From the NCBI GenBank assembly GCA_977862235.1, contig OZ374564.1, forward strand, positions 1,116,001 through 1,180,000: a stretch of DNA of 64,000 nucleotides, read 5' to 3'. Every line of letters starts with the position of its first letter. Positions within the stretch are counted from its first letter, which is position 1. The stretch comes from Dudresnaya verticillata (lineage: Eukaryota). Shown piece by piece: positions 49,596 through 63,198 of the stretch. Position numbers and translations under genes: made by a program. The notes beneath the pieces were generated by a model. That model was not told where the DNA came from and ran no database searches. It was given only the letters and a program-made list of their open reading frames with translations.

Positions 49596-52289
49596 CCCCG
49601 AATATCGTTATCGTAGTACTATTTCTCCGCCTCCTGCGTTACTTCATATGTACCTGCAGCCGTTTGCTCGTCGTGGCTTGTGGAATGTGCGCCATGATCA
49701 ATAATACTGCGAAGCCGTTGCAGGTTATGGAGCTCTTCATTAGTGGGAAGTTCTTCCAATGATTCATACACGCAAGTAGACCTTCCTTCCTTTTTGTGAC
49801 AGAAGCTGGGCTGCGCATTCAAAAAGGACATGTTTGTCCTGCTCGATAAAAATCAGTTTGATGATGGAACATTGACATGCTTTTCCTTAGATTGGTTCTG
49901 CAAAAAAGCCCGTTTGAGACATAGATGCGCTATCATCCCACATAGACCCACAGGGGCTGTTTACTCCTCGGTTTTTGAACATCCCGAAATACCATAACAA
50001 TTCCAGAGTTGATCGTCTCTGTTTCAAGAACATCTTAGCAAATACAGTGAGCAAGCGGATATACCTGACGAAAGCCGAAATATCATTGCTATGCCATTCA
50101 GTCCTTTTCTTGTTCACATCCACCTCATGGAAGTATCTGGAGTTAACGGCGAGGATGCAGCATGTCATACCAACTGATGTTCACGACAAGAAAAGGTCGT
50201 GAGTCGACATTTTATACACCAAACCACGGCTACGCTTCACTTCAGAAAGCAAGCAAAACGGGTTAGAGTCCAGCATGGTCTGAGGACCCGACATTGAATG
50301 AGCCGAGTTGATATACATAACTCGTGTGGAGCAATGCAAGTCACTGAACTCCAAAGATGTGCTTCCATCTTCACTTCAGTAGAAAATCTCTCTCTCCTCA
50401 TTCCCGCGAACAGCTTGTCTTTACCCTTCTTGATAGACATGTAGCGATTGAACCCATCTTATTCAAGATATTTGCGAAGCTCAGTCACAATTAGTTTCCT
50501 AGCGGGGCGGATGGAGTGGTTTGGCATGCGATTCATATATGCGATTTGTCTCTTCGATCAAAAATATTTGGGAAGGTTAACCTTCAAGCCGTAAAACGCT
50601 AGATATGTTAACGTCCCTTAGTTTCTCTTGCGTAGCTCTACCAAAACCCGACTTTATCTAACAGCTGACAGCGAGCAGCTCCCCGGTCAAGCTTCCTGAC
50701 AAGTTGCGTTTAGGCAACGCTTTATAGAACGCAGGTCAGAGTAGCCTTGGCCTCAAGAGATAACTTCGAATTGTTCGCACGGCATGCATTGCAGGCCTCC
50801 CAGGACCGGCCCCCGTGGCAGATTATCGTGGCTTGCTCTAAAAGTAGCAGGGGCAAGGCAGTTTCGAAGGTTTCCGATACCGTGATTGCCGCAGCTGTGC
50901 CTAACCGTATGTTCTGTCTGTGGTTCGAGAGAGCTCAACCAAGTTCCAGCTCCCTGATATCTACTAGAATAAAAATGCTATGATTTTTATCAAATTACGA
51001 AAATCTCCCAAGGCAACGTGCTGAGTGCTTGACATGGCGTAAATTAACAAAAAGTGGGATGTGAAGCGTGCTTCGCATGCTAGAGCCTGCATTTGACAGC
51101 AACTACCACGCCAAAACATATGCATCCTAGAAGGTAGCTTGCAATTGGCTATGCCCGTGTATACAGGACGGGAATCTTCCCAATTGCGAGAGCTGCAGTA
51201 ATCCACATTTGGATACATACTGGACCCAACGCCCTGTGGAAAGGTGTATTATAGGTACGCGGGTGTAGCTTCGAATCGCGTGCATTCACTGCGTGCCGTT
51301 CTGCAAACCAGCCTGCTATGGTAGATATTAACAACAAAATTGCATATGGTCGCGACAGCTGCAGTATGTAAGAGTACTATAGCACAGTTGTGGCAAAACG
51401 CTCGTCAAAGCGGGGTCTATTTTCAACCAATCCGTTCTTTAAGCACCCCCGCGTCAATTTCGCCTACAGATGAACCATGTTTCATGTATACATGTGTCAA
51501 CTACCGCGTTCACCACCTGGGCGAGGGCACCAAACGCCAGTCTAGGCTATCCGATGTAGGCAGCTGGAGGCGAACCTGGATGCTGTGCAGCGCGCGCTAC
51601 TCCATCTGGAGAACTCACACGACCTGTTGGAGGTGCTAACAGCAGACCAATTGGTTGCGCAACCGCAGTTCGTGCCGCAATCTCAGCTTCCGCGGCGGAA
51701 TTCTAGTCGCAACGACACGCTGTGTTCCACGGGAGCGGCTCCGGATGATTTGAGCTAACCCAAGCAGCGACATCCCGCCGCGAAGCTACCAGTCTCTGTG
51801 CAGCACGGACGACGGACGCAGTGCTATCCTCCTTCAAATCCACACTACCTGCACAGGCCCAAGTGCTGTATTAGAAACCGGTTGTTGATAGGCTTCTGCA
51901 GCCTGAGGAATGAAAACCCCTAGCACGCACAGCAAGCACACGCAACCGCCGCTTTCCACAGACTGCGTGTCTCTACAAGAGTTTAGTATTTTCCTCGAGT
52001 GGAGCTGGCTCTTTCCCTCGGGAGCATTCCCGAATCTCACATATTCATTCAACAGTAATTGAGTCATTGTAGTTTGTGTCATTCAAGTTCAACGGGTTTC
52101 TGCATTCTTCCCCGAGAGCATTATCCCCGACAGACCACAACGCATCCCAAAGCGTGCCTTCAGCCCGCACAAAAGATACGTGTCCTCTAATATTACAGTT
52201 GTGCGTCCCTATAGTGCCAACTTCAATACCGCCCTAGGAGCAGTTATACCGTCTCGGACGGACCTCTACCGCCCTCGGAATTTCACCGC

Positions 52290-53305
52290 CAACGGCGTGC
52301 AAGGTCTGGACCCGGGCGCGAACCTGTTCGCACTTCCTGGGAAATGTCGTTCTAGGCGTAGATTACAGCAAAGCCAGTTTCGGATGGGTGGCATGCGGCA
52401 CACGCGGTATATGCGGTGTACTGCGTCAGTGGCCTACAACGCCAAGGGCGTATATACTCTCTATGACGGTCCGAAATCACCGACGGCTTGTTGACCCCGT
52501 TTGGAACATTGTCGCGAAAATACCGTTCGACCACGGCAACCGTCGATGACCTCGCGGCGCGCGGGCGCCGTGAGGCCGCGCGCGCCGCAATCGAACACGA
52601 TCCGCAGATCGGGATTGCCCCTTTGTCACACGTGTGCTCTAGATGCCGCGTGCCGCGACTGCACTGTAAGCCAGGCGCGCCCAGGACGCAGGGGTGTAAG
52701 GCAAAGGGGGCCAGCAAGGATGCGCCGCGCGCACGCGTGTAAGCCCAGTACAGATTCGTACCAAGATTGGACGCGACATCACACGCGCGTCTGCAATTCG
52801 CGTGCGGTGCTACGTGTAGGTGTAAGCGCGCGCCCCGCGTGCACGGTGGCGGGGACAAATTTCTCAGGAGCACAGCTGCATTATGGCAGCGCCTATCAGA
52901 CGCGCGGCTGGGCAACACGTGTCCGGGGTTCCCTCGCTGCGCGATACCGCCGTCGCCACCCGCGTAGTAGGCGTAATACTTAAATAGTTCGTCATCGATG
53001 ATGCCTTAAACACCCGGTAAAACCGGTCTTGGTACCTGAATTCCCTTTCCGCTGGCGGGTGCGCCGTCACCGCTGCTGTTAGGAAAAGCGTCTGTACCTC
53101 CGTGCTGCCACGTTCAAAACCGTCGTTGGCTTGTTTCCCTTTTCGTTTTGTTTCGGTGCATTCGTTCAACCTACTTGCTGCCCGATGCGTTTACAGTCCC
53201 CCTCGTGGTAGTGTCCATACTCTACCATCCCTACTGTCGGTAACTTGCTACCCGCCGGGTTCCGAACTATCCGGCCGTGTTTTTGTCGTAGAGGTTTTGC
53301 ACCAA
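52290..53305 (+). repeat. Diverged LTR related to the E3 LTRs (opposite orientation; left boundary uncertain)
   Basis: ACCTCCGTGCTGCCACG...CCGAAC..GTGTTT..GTTTTGCACCAAA matches the reverse complement of the E3 LTR ends. Contains TGTAAG repeats. Confidence 0.6.
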
Positions 53306-53734
53306 AGTCCCAACTCTGACTTGAAACACCTCCCCCTTCTTTGTCTTCTGTGTGGTGCAACACCCAAACAAACGGGGATTTCCCCTTACCGTGTTCACGC
53401 GGTCTCCTGCTGGTTGGCAGCGAACGCCACGCGGTGAGGCGAGCATTGGAGGGGTGGTAGAGCAGCCACGGCACGGGGTGTGCCCCAGGTGGTAGATAGT
53501 GTGACCGGGGTCGACTGTAAACCCCCGGTCAGCTAGAAGTGCCGTAGTGCACGGAAGGTAGTGACAGCGGTACGCGCCGGTAATGAGGCGTGGAATATCC
53601 GCTCAGAACAGGGTACGTAACCCGAGTTGCCTACGGTGGTGGCACCGGAAGGAAGGTCGGGGGTATCCTCAGGTTTCGAGGCCAACTTGGTGCTTTACTG
53701 TGAGATGGGTTCACCCCTAATATTGAGTACCCCC

Positions 53735-56700
53735 GCGGGGTGTGCGCGCGTGTCTGGCGCCGTGCGCCTGACATTTGGCAGGCGTGCGCATTGCGAGCTC
53801 ACTAAAATATCGAACAAAAATATCTAGAGTACAAATACTACTACCGCACTGTAAACCAGTGTAATCTAAGCGTGCGCATTGCTGGCGCACACCCGGTCGA
53901 GGATATATGTGGCGCGCGTTGTGCGCGTGTACAGGAGGGCGCATGTTCCCCGTGTTTCGCGGTGGCGCGTGTCACAGTGGCGCGTGCGATGTGCCACGAG
54001 CACATTGCCCATTGGCACGATCTCGCACGCACTGTACGCGCGCGCGTTCGCCCAGCTTGCAGATACGCGGCATTTTTGCCATTCCCGCGGTTCATCCGCG
54101 CTTGTCGACGAGCGCGGACCACCACGCGGGCGTCTGCGCGTAAAGTGATATAAAAAGGGTATGCCCAGGTCCCTTGCACCGCATTCTGGAAATCCGCTAA
54201 TGGGGTCAGCGGATAGGGACCCATTTCGCCTAGCCCAAAAGCAACGTTCATCTAGAGTCCACTGCATCCGGTATCGGTGAGATCGCCGCGTATCAGCAAA
54301 ATGCTGAACGGTGGTACAGATACCAATTCACATGGTGCGGTACGCAACATTTTCTCCTCTCCTCATTGTTCCTTACTGCCTGAAGAATATGAGTACATGG
54401 CCAACCAAGATAGCGAAGGGTTGTTTCCCGCTGATAATTTCTGTGAGATTAGACAACTCAGGTGGCTCCCCGGCATCGGGAAGTGGCGTACGACGGGGAT
54501 GCCATCCGGGCGGGGGAACCATAAAGCCAGCATTTGGCGTTTGTGTCTTACTTTCCTCTCCCGTGCAAATGAGCCGTAATCCACGGAAAGGCATGCGCAC
54601 CTCATACCCATGTCCTAGCAGCCCAATAATGTCCAAATATCTCGACAAATATAATAAATAATATACAACAACACATATTTCGACAAATATGCTTCTGCAA
54701 CGCTCCTGTCACGAAATTGACTTCCCCTCCCGTATTCATCCCCGCATTTCTTGTTATGATTCCTTTCATACAGCTTGTCGGAAAGTCTTCATTACTTTCC
54801 CAACACATGAAAGCTCCCATTGCATCCGGCCGAGTGCGGAATCCGTGCTTGATTTCTGCCAGATTGCGAGTGGGATCCGTGCAAATGACATGCCACACAT
54901 CACCTGATGACATACTAACCATAAGAGCAATATATTCAGTAAGACGGCGAATGTTTGCGAAGTTCTCCATGGAGAAGTCCCTCGAAAATATTCCCCGATC
55001 CACAGCATAGCCCTTGGTATAGAGCTGATCACCGACCTGTTTGCCATGACCCATTGCCATGTTCGGTAGCTCCGACGGTTTTGATACAGCGTAGGAGACC
55101 ATTGCGGTACAACGGCAAGGGGGCCACTGAAAGGAAGCAGCTCGACGGGCTAACTGTACGATCGGCCCAACCAAACGAAGACACTTGGCCAATGGAGTCG
55201 TGACGTCGGCGCACGGACGGCGGTGAGCGCTCACAAGTATGAAACGTGTCCACCGGTTATACACGTGGCTCACACGTGGCCACCTACGACACTGAAGCAC
55301 ACCACGTGGCCCACCGTACACGTACGATCCGATTTTCGGCCAGACACAAATTGAAATTGGATTTGGCCGCAAGGTGAATCAAAAGGAAGACAGTGGAAAA
55401 ATCAAGGGAAAATCTAACTCGCATGGCCAACCATTAACGCACAAGTACATGGTTTAGTCTCACAAGGGCCTTACATTGGCCCGAAGCCGGAACACAAGTA
55501 GATATTATGGCCGACAGGGGTAACCTTGGCCACTAACTGTAGAATAGCTCTAGATTAGCTCAGATGGCCGATTTTGGGTCTATTTAGCTTGCCACCTACT
55601 GCGGCTTAGCCGAAAAAGGTACGAAGCCGTCCCGCCAGAGGTTGGGAGCAAAGTTAGCAACTGAACCCCCGACTTGGTCATTTTCTGTCTTCATCGCATA
55701 TTCTGGCCACGACTTCGTCTGGGCGCTCCCACTCTACCACGCTTGCTACCGGCGCGCAGGTCCGTTCTCCGTTCTGGCAAGTTTCTGCGAAATCCGACAG
55801 GTCTTTTTGGTCTTCTTGGGGTCTCGTTTGGCCGCCGCACTCGGTGGTGCTTTAGAGATACTACAACTGTCCCCTGTTATTGGTCTGCGTGTGAGGACCC
55901 TCGCGGTTCTGAGAGCTGCTGAACAATATCGAACTACGCTATCGGTTATTTTTTCCCAATCACGTTTTTCAATGAAGCCTAAACCAGGCCAAACACCATC
56001 GATTCCCACAATATGACCGCGATTATGTCGTAATGAAGGTCGATTGTGGACGTTGACTAGAAAACATTTGGAACCGCTTCCATTTCGTCGCCAGTCGCGC
56101 TTCGTTCCTCCTACTTATTGCAAGTTGAGAACGAATTGACACAGGTCTGGGATGCGGATACCTTGTTTCTTGGAAAGGACCATAATGAACACAGCTGGGC
56201 GTCCTTCGTGAGCTGAAAATTCAACTAGGACGATGCTCTAGACCCTAGTGTCTCATTTACACCCGGCATAACTTTCAGCATTCCAAAAATTGGACGTGAC
56301 AGTAGAGTCCGAAGTCTTTTTTTGCGTTGCATACATTCCTGCAGAAGTTTTCTCTTCTTACGCCCGACAGACCACAGCACTTCACCTCCATCTCCTTGGT
56401 CGACGATGGTCTCGTGCACAATGTCACGTCTTCATCTTTGCTTATCTGGAATTGAAGACGCCAATGATGGACAACCATCTTGCTTTGGTTCGTTTCGTCG
56501 ACTACTTCACGCCGGTACAAGCTCTAGCAATAATGACAAGTGCAGAACTTTGAGTGCGTCATTCCCGGTCCTACATATAAGCTTGGCCTTTATTATTCCG
56601 CCGTTAAACACTGAAAGCTGTCCAATATACGCAATTAGCTCCCCGTTTGTGTTCCCGACACGGGTTGTGTAACTTTTGCGAGCTGTAACTACTGAAAGCA

Positions 56701-57410
56701 GTGAAACAACAATACTTTTCGAAGGCGAGTAAGGAGGTTGCGTCTGTGTGGTCAGCATGTAGGTGTTCGGTAGCACCAGACCCTGTGGCAGGTCTTCTGA
56801 GATGCCTAACCTTGCAATTACAGTCTCGCAAAACAGTAGAAGCTGCACGGCGTGAGTGACGAACATGACAGAGCTCTCCGGTGCCCATCCGTGCATTGTT
56901 TTGCCCATCTCTTGCAAACGCCGCTAGCGGCCCCACAGGACTTGTAGCAGTGTCTTCATCGATGAATAGTTCAACGGCACAAGCGCTTCACAGGAAGGCA
57001 AGTTGAGAGGAAATAGGGGGCCTTCAGTCAAGTTAGAGAGTTGCTTGAATACTGAAAGAGCATCCACATTTTCTCTTCTCGAAAGAGTGGAGGAAAATCG
57101 GAACCACCGCGGCTCTAATCGAATGGAAGTGCTGAAAATTGTGGTGCATTGCCGTGACCCTCTTTTCGCGTGGAAGCCCACTTCTTTCCACGCGCACACG
57201 TGGCGCAATCACCCACGTTTACACGAGCACACGCGCGCCACGCATATGCAGGGGAATCCTCGACCGGGTGCGCCCCAGCAATGCGCACCCTTAGATTACA
57301 GTGATTTACAGTGCCAGCGTAGTAATTCTACTTAGATATTTTTGTGTGATCTTTAGCGAGCTCACGGGTGCGTGCTTATGACAAGTGGCCCTGACAGGCG
57401 CGCGCACCCT
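53735..57410. repeat. Diverged inverted repeat pair, about 53735-53935 and 57200-57410
   Basis: GAGCTCACTAAA..AAAAATATCTA..GCACTGTAAA..GTAATCTAAG.GTGCGCATTGCTGG.GC.CACCCGGTCGAGGAT occurs in opposite orientations. Confidence 0.7.
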
Positions 57411-57831
57411 GTGGTGCAAACCATGGCGCGCGCGATCACAAAGTCAGCTCGGGATTCGTCCGGAGGTGTCAGCGATATCGTATCACGTGCGTGCTGTAAT
57501 GCGAATGCCATCGTGGTGCGCGCGATCACGAAATCAGCGCGGAATTCGTCCGGAGGTGTCAGCGATTTCGTATCACGTGCGTGCTGTAATGCGAATACTA
57601 TCGTGGCGCGCGCGATCACGAAGTCAGCGCGGGATTCGTCCGGAGGTGTCAGCGATTTCGTATCACGTACGTGCTGTAATGCGAATGCCATCGTGGCGCG
57701 CGCACAGTATGCGCACTGTAATACGTTTGCCATCGTGGCGTGCGCATTCACGGAGTCACTTCGAAATTCGTATTTCTCGATTATTTTCACGTAGACCACG
57801 GAGTCGATTCGCGGATAGAGTCTATACCACA
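57409..57831. repeat. Partial copy of the 5747-6499 LTR family with three tandem 90-bp units (57421-57690)
   Basis: Ends in TATACCACA. The 90-bp period is directly visible. Confidence 0.88.
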
Positions 57832-58193
57832 GAAACCTCAAGGCAAAGGAAGCACCCGCGGCGCTGTGAACCGACGCTAAGGGTGTTGAGGTGCGAGGTA
57901 CTGAGGTGACCGGAAGGGTCTACTGGCAACGCGCCGAATAGCGCTTGAAATAACCAGCTGAGCGAGGCTTTCGCGCGAAAGCGATACTGGATACCCGTCG
58001 AGACGGGACACCCGGCGCCAGATGGGCGTACGATGATTTGTCGCCACGCGGCCGTCGCGAGACGGGCGTTTTGGTGGCGGTTACTTCTCCCTCAACGGGC
58101 CGTTTGGGACGTCCCCTGCACGTCCGCCCCAACCGGGCCAATGGAAACAGCCTTGCTGGCTTCGCGGGTCTCTCAGCTTTAGAGAGGGGGCCG

Positions 58194-58884
58194 TGTGGTA
58201 CAATGAGCCGCCAGGGGCTGTAAGCACGTACACGTGTTTCGCGCCTGTAATGCGCGGGTAATATTGCGCGTGGCATGCGCCTGTAAGGCGCCGCCCGTAC
58301 TGACGCACTGCAAGGCCCAGTGCACTGCTGCCCACTCCATATGGCATTGCTGGGAACAATACGGCGCCAATGAGATGGCTTGCCGTGATTGGCTAATTTA
58401 TCATGGCCTCTTGCTCAGGATCTTGCCCCAGTCATGGGCACTTGACGTGCGCAAGGCGGAGTACGACCGTTCACTACCTCATTGTAATTATGAACGCTAA
58501 CTGCGATAGCTTAGAATAGGAATAGCGGCGAAGGCGCTTTCGGCCTTCGCCATATTTATTGCGCCCCTGAATAGCAGGGGTCTGCTGAATAGAACCCTAC
58601 GGTGGGCTTCGGGTCTGTACCCTTTCTTTGGTCTACACGGGCTCACCGTACTCCCCCTTCCAGGTGCTTTACAAGCTTTAGCCTCGTACGGCTTTGTACT
58701 CTACGAGTGTTAGGGTGGCGCCGCCCCTTTTCCCCTTTCTTTCAGGCACGCTAGCCTTTCTCCCCTTTTCCCTCAAGTCTCTACTAACTCCCCATTGAGC
58801 TACCATCGTTACGGTGTGTGCACGCACGGGACAGCTGTCCTTGCCGTTTAGCGGGCTACTGGCTCGTCGCGCCATACTACTACA
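58194..58884 (+). repeat. 3' LTR preceded by PPT AGAGAGGGGG (58181-58190)
   Basis: TGTGG...CTACTACA, homologous to 11596-12372. Confidence 0.82.
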
Positions 58885-60639
58885 CATTTGTGCGGCCTAC
58901 TGTACAGTGTAGGGCGCGAGGCAGTTGCAGGACACCAGCGTTGGTGGAGAGTTGGCGTTTGGGTACTGGTGCTGTGGATGAGGCGATTTGCAGTGATTTG
59001 AAGTCACTGTTGACCTCCGCCCTGAGCAAAAGCGCGGCCTTAGCTATTTGAATTCAACCGCGACTGCTTCTGTGAGTCTGTTGGCACACTTGTCGCTAAG
59101 TTGTAGGTGTCCAAGGGGAGAACTGGGGGCTTTATTGGCAGAAGTGTTCTTTTGTCCATTAACTGCCCATGTCCAATATTTGCCTTTTGGGGAAGGGTAC
59201 ACACTGGCCATTGTGAGACGAAGATTGCAAACGCGCCTCTTGTGAACACGCCGGTTCATGCGGGGAGCAGCAGCTTTACAACCACTTGTCCGATTTCAGG
59301 TCTTGTACCCAGAGAATAATCCTCTCTTACAGTACTGTACAATGGCGGGGTGTCAGCGCGCCCATCCGAAATGGTTTGGGAGCTATGTGCCTTCTAAAAG
59401 AGCCTCGTATGAGCACCAAGTGGACACTGTAGAGTCCATTTGGGGCTGACGCCCAAAATCCAGAAATGACCAAATGGACACTGCAGTGCCCATTTGCGGT
59501 ATCGGGATATACTGTAGTTTCCTTCATCGTGTTGGTCTTTTCAAAGTCATTCGGATTCTGCTCGCAATAAGAGCTATATCGCCCTTCTTCTTCCTCCAAA
59601 TTGACCTTTGTCCAGCCCCTTTGCAACAAAAGGAAGTTCACGATCGAGGGTGGACCCCCTGTGCCACAAATCCAGACTGGTCGCCCCCTAAATGTGTAAC
59701 GCCCTGCGCTATAAGCGCATCCTTCCGCTCTGCGAGCCAAGGAGAGAGCGTACTAGAACCTATATGGTCTAATCGTCTGTGAGCCGTTGGAGTACCCCAG
59801 CACAGGGTGAAAGGTCGCAGGTTCGAGTCTCCAAGCGGGAGGCTCGAGCTCTTTTTCCTGAAGCGACGCTGCAACCCCGAAACTCGCTACAGAAATTTCT
59901 GACATGGCGCTGGGAGTCGTCATCTGAAGCTCCGCGCGCAACAAGAACTATCGGTTCTACAAGATTAATCCTTGTATGCTTAAGTATGAAACGACGGACT
60001 TGGCAAACGAGCATGGGCCCTGTCACACGCTATTGCGTGGATATCTGCAAGGACTAATCAATTCCTAAATTGATAATATAGGACTCTAGCGAACGTGGCG
60101 TTCGGCGGCTGTCGAAGCCCGTTTTCAACGTACTGCTATTGTGGTAGTCTGCTATCTAGACTGATGTGCACTGCAAGTCATTTCGTGCGGCTATCCGGAC
60201 GATGGAAACAGATGGTCACGCGAATTCGCTCGTGAATTTGGAGCGCCGATGCGGTGAGACCCATCGACCCGCGCTCAGTTTACTGGAGCGCCTCCGCAAG
60301 GGGAGTGTAAATTCCGTGGCCCTCACGCAACGCGCATATGCTCCATAGGGGGTTCCCATCTGGAGCAGGTCGCTTGCGTAGTACGATAGCAGTAGATTTA
60401 CTCGCTATAAAGGCATGGCCTGCCCGACCCGGCTCTGGGTACGGAGGACAGACAAGCGACTACCATAGTTGCAGGCCATCGCCAAACGCCTCGCCTATGC
60501 CTCAACCGAAATCTCTTCTGAAACCAAGAACGCTGCTGGTATACCGGTCTTCGCCCGCTATTGCTGGGACACTTCACAGTAATTACTTTTGTTTGCGCAA
60601 GCAAAGTTCCAGTTGTGGACGAGGATTGATATCAGGATG

Positions 60640-61120
60640 CAGACAAGAAATAATGCTTTCAGCCGAGGAGAAACCGTCCGTCAGACTATCGTCGAGATCC
60701 CCGTCTGAAAGATATATCGCCGAAGGGTTTCGTTGCCTTTAAGGAAAAGAGAGAGGTTTACGAACGTCTAGTTTCCGAGAAGAATGCTGAGTCCGGAGTT
60801 CAAGTTCCACTAACGTCATATCGAAACGCCATCGAGAAGGCTCTGTTGGACATCTTCGTCACAACCCAATGGGTTCCAGTTTCTAATGTGGAGGATATAA
60901 CGGAGGAACACCTTCGTGATGTCGTCAAGAATCAAGCTCGAGTAGACCCTGAGGAGTACGACCTGGCGATAATCGAGCGAGAACTCGCTGGTATCAAGTT
61001 TGAGAAAGCAAATCGCTCCTGTGACCTGCAACGCCAAGTATGGCGTTTCTGCCTCCGCTATAGGACCCGCCTTCGCAATTGCGGTTATGAAGACTTCGTG
61101 CAGCGCCACCCAAAGGTAGC
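60640..61120 (+). pseudogene. gag fragment of an E2-like Gypsy element
   Basis: EKNAESGVQVPLTSYRNAI...DITEE...HPKVA matches E2 gag EKNSEAGVNVPLTSYRNSL...SITEE...RPHVA. Confidence 0.8.
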
Positions 61121-61240
61121 CTCTGAGTGGTTGGATAGCACGAGCGCAGGTCTCCCTTCTATGTACTTATCGTGGCCTGATCACTTCTTCCTTTTATTTC
61201 CGTCAGTAAAGGATTAGGATGCTACTTAAACACTGTGGAA

Positions 61241-63198
61241 TTAGCAATTGCCGTCGGGTTGAGCTCCAATGGCGTTCAGTGGTATTCGCGAGATTATGGC
61301 CTGGGCGGTGCTGGAACAAATGGAGTAGCTGATCCTTTCCATGAGACGGGACTTGACTTGTCCAGCACTCGACGATTTGCGGTACGCGATGCGTTGGGAA
61401 ATCGCGGTGATTAGGCTTAGCGTTGTAGTGCTCGCTGCTGCAAAGGTGTCGAACGCGAGCGGGATGAACGTCCAGCTTAACTCTGGCAGTGCGCTGTAGT
61501 CGTCAAGGTGGAAGGCCGTGCGGATAGTTCGGGAATGTGTGCTGAGCTTGTCTTGGTGACCTGCTTCGGCTGCTCCGGAGTTGCAAGTGGCAGCTTTTCG
61601 CACGATGTTTTTCGCGAAGGGGCATCTGACCGTGATGTCGAGGGCCGTTGGGCGGGGGATGAGAGCAGAAACTTCATTCGGAGGCTGCACGAGTATGTCC
61701 GCTGGGCGTAGCTGGGTTCCAGGTATGAGCAGGGGTGCGGAGCAGGGGTGCCTCGAGCTGATAAGCAAGGCCGGCTGGCTTCAGTGCAATTCGAGCGATT
61801 GTGTTGCGAACTGTGTTGTGTCTGTGCGTGACTCCGAACCCATGTTTGCACATGACGGCATGGTCACCCCGTCTGTCCATTTTTCGTTGCAATGAGGGCA
61901 TTTCAGTGCACGCGCACACTCTTCGTACACATGCAGGTCTAAGTGGCGTCGCAACATAATCGACCAGTGCTGGATAGGGACGTTTGTATCGTTAAATGGG
62001 TGTGCGTGGAGGAACGCACTGGCTCCGGATCCTATTAATGCTCTGTATCTTATGCGGCGTCGGACGTCTTCTCCAGTGCGCTGCTTAGGGCTTGGGAGTC
62101 TTTGCCATTCTTCCAATTGCCAAAACCGATGTGCTGCTGCCTCGCTGTGCGTCTGAGATAGAAAGCGGTGGGGTTCAGACCGCGTTGCGAGTGCCTCTGG
62201 ATCAAATGCCTCCAAATCTTGGGCAAGGATAAAGTCGTCAGGCTGGAACTGAGTGGGGAGATTCATGACAAATGCCTGTATCGGGCAGCGGACGAAGCGG
62301 CGATAAAATGATGGTGGTTGCACTTGTGGTTGTGCGTTGCGTAACGGGGCACTCGAGATTAGACTGAAAGCATATGAGGCGTGCACTAGGGGAGCTAGTG
62401 GTGTCAATCCGTGACCACCAAGACGGAAAGGCAGTTGGATTTGGCTTATGGCAGACGTGGTCAGGTTGATATCGTTGAGCCGTGAGTAGGCTTTTATTTG
62501 TGCTACGTCGAATGCTTGGGTGTACCGGTGCGAAATGGTAGGAGGTATATGCGGGAAAAGGTGCTGAACCTTACAAGCAGGGCTGGTCATTCTGTGCAGG
62601 TGAAACCGAATGCGTGCGTCAGGTACACCCGCGATAGAGTCGATGGTGGGGTCGACTTCGGCCAGCTTCTTTTCAATTTCGGCATTGATGAAAGCATTGG
62701 AGCCCACAGGGGATCCTAGTAGGGTGATGCCGTCTGCCGAATATTTCACAGGGAAAGCTTCCATGAGGTATTGCAATTCTTTGCCGTCCGTGGTGGGCCA
62801 GAATGTCTTTGTTTTCGTGGCATTGAGGAAAAAACCGAACGTGGGGCCCTCTGTCTGGAGTATGTGTAGCGCTTTTGTTAGTTCAGTGAAAGAGTCGATT
62901 AGTAGTCCATCTTCAGCGTACCACAGGTTCATATCCAGTGTACAATGTGAGGATATCTTCTTGATCAGCGGTTGTATAGCGAGGGAGAAAAGGAGCATGC
63001 TAGCTGGATCGCCTTGCTGCGTGCCTTCTTCGCTCTTGATCGTTGTGGTGGTAGCTCCGGGTATAATGAGCTTTGGTTGCGTGCCGGCGTAGACCATGTT
63101 GATGAAGCGTGCCATTGATGCCGTCGTAGAGGAAAGCTGGTCGAGGAAACACTGCCTTGAGCACAGGTTGAACGCGTTTGTTGCGTCGATAGAGACAA
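61241..63198 (-). mobile_element. CRE-like non-LTR retrotransposon (RT plus CCHC plus restriction-like endonuclease), decayed
   Basis: SIDATNAFN, GTQQGDP, WYAEDG, LLGSPVG, LPFRLGGHG, CPHC...D..GDHAVMC, RHN, RPADI...ALDITV. Frameshifts near 61880 and 61740. Confidence 0.88.

Noticed and set aside
49600..52200. Short ORFs as the integrase end of an element hosting the 299-aa ORF
   Set aside because: No integrase, GPY/F or chromodomain motifs seen.
57362..57909. ORFs with 30-aa repeats; possible CRISPR-like array
   Set aside because: Head-to-tail 90-bp units without unique spacers inside an LTR; the ORFs are by-products of the repeat.
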